From positions 1-14,015 of the forward strand of contig NW_021826032.1 in assembly GCF_006345805.1 (NCBI RefSeq): DNA of 14,015 nucleotides, read 5' to 3'. This stretch comes from Octopus sinensis (taxonomy: Eukaryota). Shown here piece by piece: positions 8,770-14,015 of this stretch. Position 1 is the first letter of the stretch. Each line of letters opens with the position of its first letter. A program made the position numbers and the translations under genes. The notes beneath the pieces were generated by a model, which did not search any database, had not been told where the DNA came from, and saw nothing but the letters and a program-made list of their open reading frames with translations.

Positions 8770-9443
8770 TATAAGCGAGAAAGAAGCAACAAGAATGGAT
8801 AGGTTTTTAGTACGATCGTTTCATACAAGGACAGGTTTTATTAAAAGTTGCAAAGTAATGTGATTAATATGGCAAACACCTAATCATATAACAAGGATTG
8901 ATACCTACCTCATTGTGTTCAACATTGTAAAATTTATCGCCTGTGAATATGAAATTCTCTCCATTTCTCTGGAAATTTACATCTACACCATTGGAATCTG
9001 TGCATATATACAAAGGATTAATTCACCCTCTCTGTAATGCTAATAAGCAGGAATTGAGACCCACCTCGTTGTAATTAACAATGGATAAATTTGTCTTCTG
9101 TGAGTATATAATCCCTCATCATATCTATGAAATTCATATGGATTAGGTCACCTTCTCTGTGATGCTATCAAAACTTTTTAAAATTCTGTGATAAGACTGT
9201 ACATCATCTTTAAAGAACTTTAATGAACTTTAGAAATCTGTTTAATTATCTACATTACTTCATGAGTATAGCCTCAAACACTAGGATGTCTAGAGAACTT
9301 ACATGTATTTTAGCTGATGAGTACGGGACTCGTTTATATGCTGTAATCTTTGCAACTTTTAATAAAACCTGTCCTTGTATGAAACGATCGTACTAAAAAC
9401 CTATCCATTCTTGTTGCTTCTTTCTCGCTTATAATCACCCCAC
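8770..9443 (+). mobile_element. Penelope-like pLTR remnant, inverted-repeat form (element P3, related to P1)
   Basis: Perfect 86-bp inverted arms 8770-8855 and 9348-9433. One-sided extension ATCACCCCAC is the reverse complement of the P1 extension. Shared blocks with P1: AAGCAACAAGAATG, GTACGATCGTTTC, TTTTATTAAA, ACTCATCAGC. Confidence 0.7.
9308..9398 (+). ncRNA. Type I hammerhead ribozyme motif (P3)
   Basis: TTTTAG(9308-13)-CTGATGA-GTACGGGAC...GTCCTTGTAT-GAAA(9381-84)-C-GATC-G-TA-CTAAAA(9393-98). Perfect 6-bp helix I; predicted cleavage after A9392. Confidence 0.82.
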
Positions 9444-9545
9444 ATTACTGTATTGTTAAATCAGTATAGTTTTTTTTGGTGCATCTAAGTTAGGTACCAT
9501 ATTCAAGTAAATTTTTTAAAATTAACTTGAATCTTTATGCTCTTT

Positions 9546-9576
9546 GTATATATATATATATATATATTATATATAT

Positions 9577-9614
<38 letters not shown>

Positions 9615-9615
9615 T
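9546..9615. repeat. (TA)n microsatellite
   Basis: Interrupted TA run. Confidence 0.95.
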
Positions 9616-9616
9616 G

Positions 9617-9910
9617 TTTTACTTTTTTCAGTCATTAGGCTGTGGCCATGCTGGAGTACCACCTTAGAGAAGTTTTTTTTAATGAATTGACCACAAGGCT
9701 TATTTTTTTTTTAAAGCCTAGTTTTTATTCTATCGGTCTCTTTTTTGCCAAATTGTTAAGTTCCAAGGATGTAAACACACCAACACCAGTTGTCTATCTG
9801 TGGTGGGGGACAAATACGCACAAGGATATACGCAATTTTTTTTCAGTTTCCATCAACCAAATCCACTCAAAAGGCTTTGGTTGGCCTGGGGCTATGGTAG
9901 AAGACACCTG
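9617..9910 (-). mobile_element. Older, diverged SINE family A copy lacking its head
   Basis: Recognisable GGCCATGCTGGAG, TATCGGTCTC, GTAAACACACCA and TTCAGTTTCC...CAAATCCACTC blocks. Ends at GAAGACAC where MITE sequence begins. Confidence 0.75.
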
Positions 9911-9915
9911 TACAA

Positions 9916-10029
9916 GGGACATAAATTGTGACTAAGGCTTAGTGGAAGATTTTAATTCAGAATGTATGAAAACAAGTCATTGGTACTACAGAGCCAGAGG
10001 CGGTTTCAGCCAGATTTATATCGAAAGTG
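9916..10029 (+). mobile_element. 5'-truncated, diverged piggyBac-type MITE copy
   Basis: Homologous to the 3' part of 10054-10274; degenerate right end followed by TTAA (10030-10033). Confidence 0.65.
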
Positions 10030-10053
10030 TTAAAAATATCATGGTCACTTTAA

Positions 10054-10274
10054 CCCTTTTGTTACCATATTTATTTTGAGATGCTCTGTGTTTCTTTCAA
10101 TTACTTTAAATATAACAAAGAACTTAGTAAAATAACTTAGTTATCATTAAGCTAGTGTTAGGAACATAAATTGTGACTAAGGTTTGGTGGAAGGTTTTAA
10201 TTCAGAACTTATGAAAACAAGACATTTGTACTATAGAGCAAGAGGTGGTTTCAGCCAGGTTAGTATCAAAAGGG
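10054..10274 (+). mobile_element. Complete 221-bp piggyBac-type MITE
   Basis: TTAA|CCCTTTTGTTACCA ... TAGTATCAAAAGGG|TTAA: 14-bp TIR (12/14) and TTAA on both sides. Confidence 0.85.
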
Positions 10275-10305
10275 TTAAGAATTGTTTCTCTATTATATAT
10301 TTTAA

Positions 10306-12029
10306 CCCTTTCATTACCATATTACTATTGAGATGCTCTGTGTTTCTTTCAATTACTTTAAATATAACAAAGAATTTAGTAAAATAACTTAGTTATCATT
10401 AAGCTAGTGTTAGGAACATAAATTGTGACTAAGGTTTGGTGGAAGATTTTAATTCAAAACTTATGAAAACAAGACGTTTGTACTACAGAGCCAGAGGTGG
10501 TTTCAGCCAGGTTGGTATCAAAAGGTTAAATATAACAAAGAATTTAATAAAATAACTTAGTTATCATTAAGATAGTGTTAGGAATATAAATTGTGACTAA
10601 GGTTTGGTGGAAGATTTTAATTCAAAACTTATGAAAACAAGACGTTTGTACTACAGAGCCAGAGGTGGTTTCAGCCAGGTTGGTATCAAAAGAGTAAAAT
10701 ATAACAAGAATTTAGTAAAATAACTTAGTTATCATTAAGCTAGTGTTAGGAACATAAATTGTGACTAAGGTTTGGTGGAAGATTTTAATTCAAAACTTAT
10801 GAAAACAAGACGTTTGTACTACAGAGCCAGAGGTGGTTTCAGCAGGTTGGTATCAAAAGAGTAAAATATAACAAAGAATTTAGTAAAATAACTTGGTTAT
10901 CATTAAGCTAGTGTTAGGAACATAAATTGTGACTAAGGTTTGGTGGAAGATTTTAATTCAAAACTTATGAAAACAAGACGTTTGTACTACAGAGCCAGAG
11001 GTGGTTTCAGCCAGGTTGGTATCAAAAGGTTAAATATAACAAAGAATTTAATAAAATAACTTAGTTATCATTAAGATAGTGTTAGGAACATAAATTGTGA
11101 CTAAGGTTTGGTGGAAGATTTTAATTCAAAACTTATGAAAACAAGACGTTTGTACTACAGAGCCAGAGGTGGTTTCAGCCAGGTTGGTATCAAAAGAGTA
11201 AAATATAACAAAGAATTTAGTAAAATAACTTAGTTATCATTAAGCTAGTGTTAGGAACATAAATTGTGACTAAGGTTTGGTGGAAGATTTTAATTCAAAA
11301 CTTATGAAAACAAGACGTTTGTACTACAGAGCCAGAGGTGGTTTCAGCCAGGTTGGTATCAAAAGAGTAAAATATAACAAAGAATTTAGTAAAATAACTT
11401 GGTTATCATTAAGCTAGTGTTAGGAACATAAATTGTGACTAAGGTTTGGTGGAAGATTTTAATTCAAAACTTATGAAAACAAGACGTTTGTACTACAGAG
11501 CCAGAGGTGGTTTCAGCCAGGTTGGTATCAAAAGAGTAAAATATAACAAGAATTTAGTAAAATAACTTAGTTATCATTAAGCTAGTGTTAGGAACATAAA
11601 TTGTGACTAAGTTTGGTGGAAGATTTTAATTCAAAACTTATGAAAACAAGACGTTTGTACTACAGAGCCAGAGGTGGTTTCAGCCAGGTTGGTATCAAAA
11701 GAGTAAAATATAACAAAGAATTTAGTAAAATAACTTGGTTATCATTAAGCTAGTGTTAGGAACATAAATTGTGACTAAGGTTTGGTGGAAGATTTTAATT
11801 CAAAACTTATGAAAACAAGACGTTTGTACTACAGAGCCAGAGGTGGTTTCAGCCAGGTTGGTATCAAAAGGTTAAATATAACAAAGAATTTAATAAAATA
11901 ACTTAGTTATCATTAAGATAGTGTTAGGAACATAATTGTGACTAAGGTTTGGTGGAAGATTTTAATTCAAAACTTATGAAAACAAGACATTTATACCACA
12001 GAGCCAGAGCCGGTTTAGTAACAGAAGGG
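10306..12029 (+). repeat. piggyBac-type MITE internally expanded into a 10-unit 168/169-bp tandem array
   Basis: TTAA|CCCTTTCATTAC at the left and GTAACAGAAGGG|TTAA at the right. The unit runs from an internal TTAA (10358) to the right-end TTAA (10526). Marker GGAA(C/T)ATAA recurs at 10413, 10581, 10749, 10917, 11085, 11254, 11423, 11591, 11759, 11927. Confidence 0.92.
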
Positions 12030-12040
12030 TTAAATCTTGG

Positions 12041-12173
12041 TACTTATTCTGTCAGTATTGGAAAGAGCATCCAGCTGTAGAAACCAGGGCAAATCAGACT
12101 GGAACCTGGTGCAGCTCTCCAAATTGTCAGCATGGAAAACGGACGTTAAAAAATGATGACGGTGATGACGATG
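12041..12173 (+). mobile_element. SINE family C fragment
   Basis: GAGCATCCAGCTGTAGAAACC...CAGCATGGAAAACGGACGTTAAA followed by a (GAT/GAC)n tail, as at 2725. Confidence 0.6.
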
Positions 12174-12482
12174 TCGCCTCTACATCCAGTCTTCAAAGGA
12201 ACGGTTTTTTTGGCATCACAAGAACTGCTCTATTATTCCTGTTATTGTTTTAAATAAAACTTCCCAAACGAGTAATTACTCTCACCGACTTAGGCGTGCT
12301 GACTCATCTAATTGTTGAATAAACATCTTGGAGCCATTTGTGAAAACATCTTTTCAGTTGGGTTTTTTTTTTTTCCATTTTTTTTTTTACGTGTGTGTGT
12401 TTTTTTAAATACTCTTAGGTCTTTCTGGAATCTGCTTAAAAGATTGTGTTGTCAGCCTAAAGAGTTTAATATCTTTTTTTAA

Positions 12483-12869
12483 TGGCTGTGTGGTAAGTAG
12501 CTTGCTAACCAACCACATGGTTCCGGGTTCAGTCCCACTGTGTGGCATCTTGGGCAAGTGTCTTCTGCTATAGCCCCGGGCTGACCAATGCCTTGTGAGT
12601 GGATTTGGTAGACAGAAACTGAAAGAAGCCTGTCGTATATATGTATATATATATATATATATAATATGCATGTGTGTGTTTGTCCCCCTAGCATTGCTTG
12701 ACAACCGATGCTGGTGTGTTTACATCCCCGTCACTTAGCGGTTCGGCAAAAGAGACCGGTAGAATAAGTACTGGGCTTACAAAGAATAAGTTCCGGGGTC
12801 GATTTGCTCGACTAAAGGCGGTGCTCCAGCATGGCCACAGTCAAAATGACTGAAACAAGTAAAAGAGTA
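12483..12869 (+). mobile_element. SINE family A (first ~10 nt missing)
   Basis: TGGCTGTGTGGTAAG...GGTTCAGTCCC...GACTGAAACAAGTAAAAGAGTA. Confidence 0.92.
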
Positions 12870-12909
12870 TTCAAACGCATAAGAACAGACATGCTTATCT
12901 GCACACATA

Positions 12910-13179
12910 CTCTCTTTTTACTCTTTTACTTGTTTCAGTCATTTGACTGCGGCCATGCTGGAGCACCGCCTTTAATCGAGCAACTCGACCCCGGGACTTA
13001 TTCTTTTGTAAGCCCAGTACTTATTCGATCGGCCTTTTTTTTGCCGAACTGCTAAGTAACGGGGGACATAAACACACCAGCATCGGTTGTCAAGCAATGC
13101 TAGCGGGACAAACACAGACACACAAACACACACACATATATATATATATATCTATATCATCATCATCGTCCATATATAG

Positions 13180-13221
<42 letters not shown>

Positions 13222-13396
13222 CATATATACATATATACGACGGGCTTCTTTCAGTTTCCGTCTACCAAATCCACTCACAAGGCTTTGGTCGGCCCGAGAC
13301 TATAGTAGAAGACACTTGCCCCAGGTGCCACGCAGTGGGACTGAACCTGGAACCATGTGGTTTGTAAACAAGCTACTTACCACACAGCCACTCCTG
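12910..13396 (-). mobile_element. SINE family A with expanded internal microsatellite
   Basis: Reverse-complement copy lying tail-to-tail with 12483-12869. Confidence 0.92.
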
Positions 13397-13627
13397 ATGA
13401 TGATTGCTGATTCCTGATGGTGTCCGTTTCCATTACCCCACAACCCAGCCAGAAGGACATGTCCAGGATCTTTGTTCAAGAGCCTGGAAAATTGTAACTC
13501 CCACTTGAAAACAAGTAGAATCTGATGACAAGGATATCCGGCTGCTGAAAACTAAGTACTCTCATTTGATCTTGCGAACATGGGAAATGGAGACGTTAAA
13601 ACGATGCTGACAGCTGAGGGCCTTCAC

Positions 13628-14015
13628 ACCTGCATGTGTGCCTGCACTTCTGCTTGTGTGCCACTGTGTGTGCCTGCACTTCTGCTTGTGTGCCTGCACT
13701 TCTGCATATGCGCATGCACTTCTTGTGTGCATATGTACTTCCGTGTGCCATCTGCACTTCTGCATATGCACTTCCGTATGTGCAACTGCACTTCTGCATA
13801 TGCGTCTGTACTTCTGTGTGTGTGCCTGCACTTTTGCGTGTGTCTGCAACTGTGTGCATCTGCACTTCTGCACATGGTCCTGCACTTCTGTGCATGCTCC
13901 AGTACTTCTGTGCATGCTCTTGTACTTCTGTGCACGCACCTGCACTTCTGCGTATGTACCTACACTTCTGCAGCATGTGTCTGCACCTCTGCATGTACGC
14001 CTGCACTTCTGCATG
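13628..14015. repeat. Degenerate 20-bp minisatellite (consensus ~CCTGCACTTCTGCATGTGTG), runs off the window end
   Basis: The (C/T)ACTTC core recurs mostly every 20 bp (e.g. 13863, 13883, 13903, 13923, 13943, 13963). Confidence 0.9.

Noticed and set aside
8856-9307. PLE reverse transcriptase or GIY-YIG remnant in the P3 spacer
   Set aside because: The frames I translated gave short stop-interrupted peptides (e.g. minus-strand CTDSNGVDVNFQRNGENF...) with no recognisable motif; needs a profile search.
10358-12033. Regular repeat array as a CRISPR or coding repeat
   Set aside because: Units are contiguous 168-bp near-identical monomers with no unique spacers, no cas genes and no long ORF; termini identify a TTAA MITE.
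13514-13562. CTGATGA...GAAA resembling a fifth hammerhead
   Set aside because: No closing helix II pair next to the core and no helix I complementarity; more likely a decayed SINE-C-like segment.
13562-14014. 150/136/103-aa ORFs as a Cys/His-rich protein gene
   Set aside because: Overlapping frames of a 20-bp minisatellite whose period is not a multiple of three.

Overview
AT-rich, repeat-saturated eukaryotic DNA with no supportable host protein gene. Nearly all listed ORFs are translations of SINEs, microsatellites or a minisatellite. The SINE families look like those of Octopus (coleoid cephalopod); this is recognition from memory, not a database search. Main content: (i) a Buster/Charlie-type hAT deletion derivative with a perfect 8-bp TSD and two nested SINEs; (ii) a ~2.15-2.18 kb tandem duplication whose junction is a chimeric SINE; (iii) three Penelope-like (PLE) pseudo-LTR remnants in 6969-9443 carrying four type I hammerhead ribozyme motifs, three with a minimal palindromic helix III and a ~60-nt extended helix II, in long inverted repeats; (iv) piggyBac-type TTAA MITEs, one internally amplified into a 10-unit 168-bp satellite with incipient higher-order structure; (v) Helitron-like and Tc1/mariner stubs, many SINE copies and a terminal 20-bp minisatellite.
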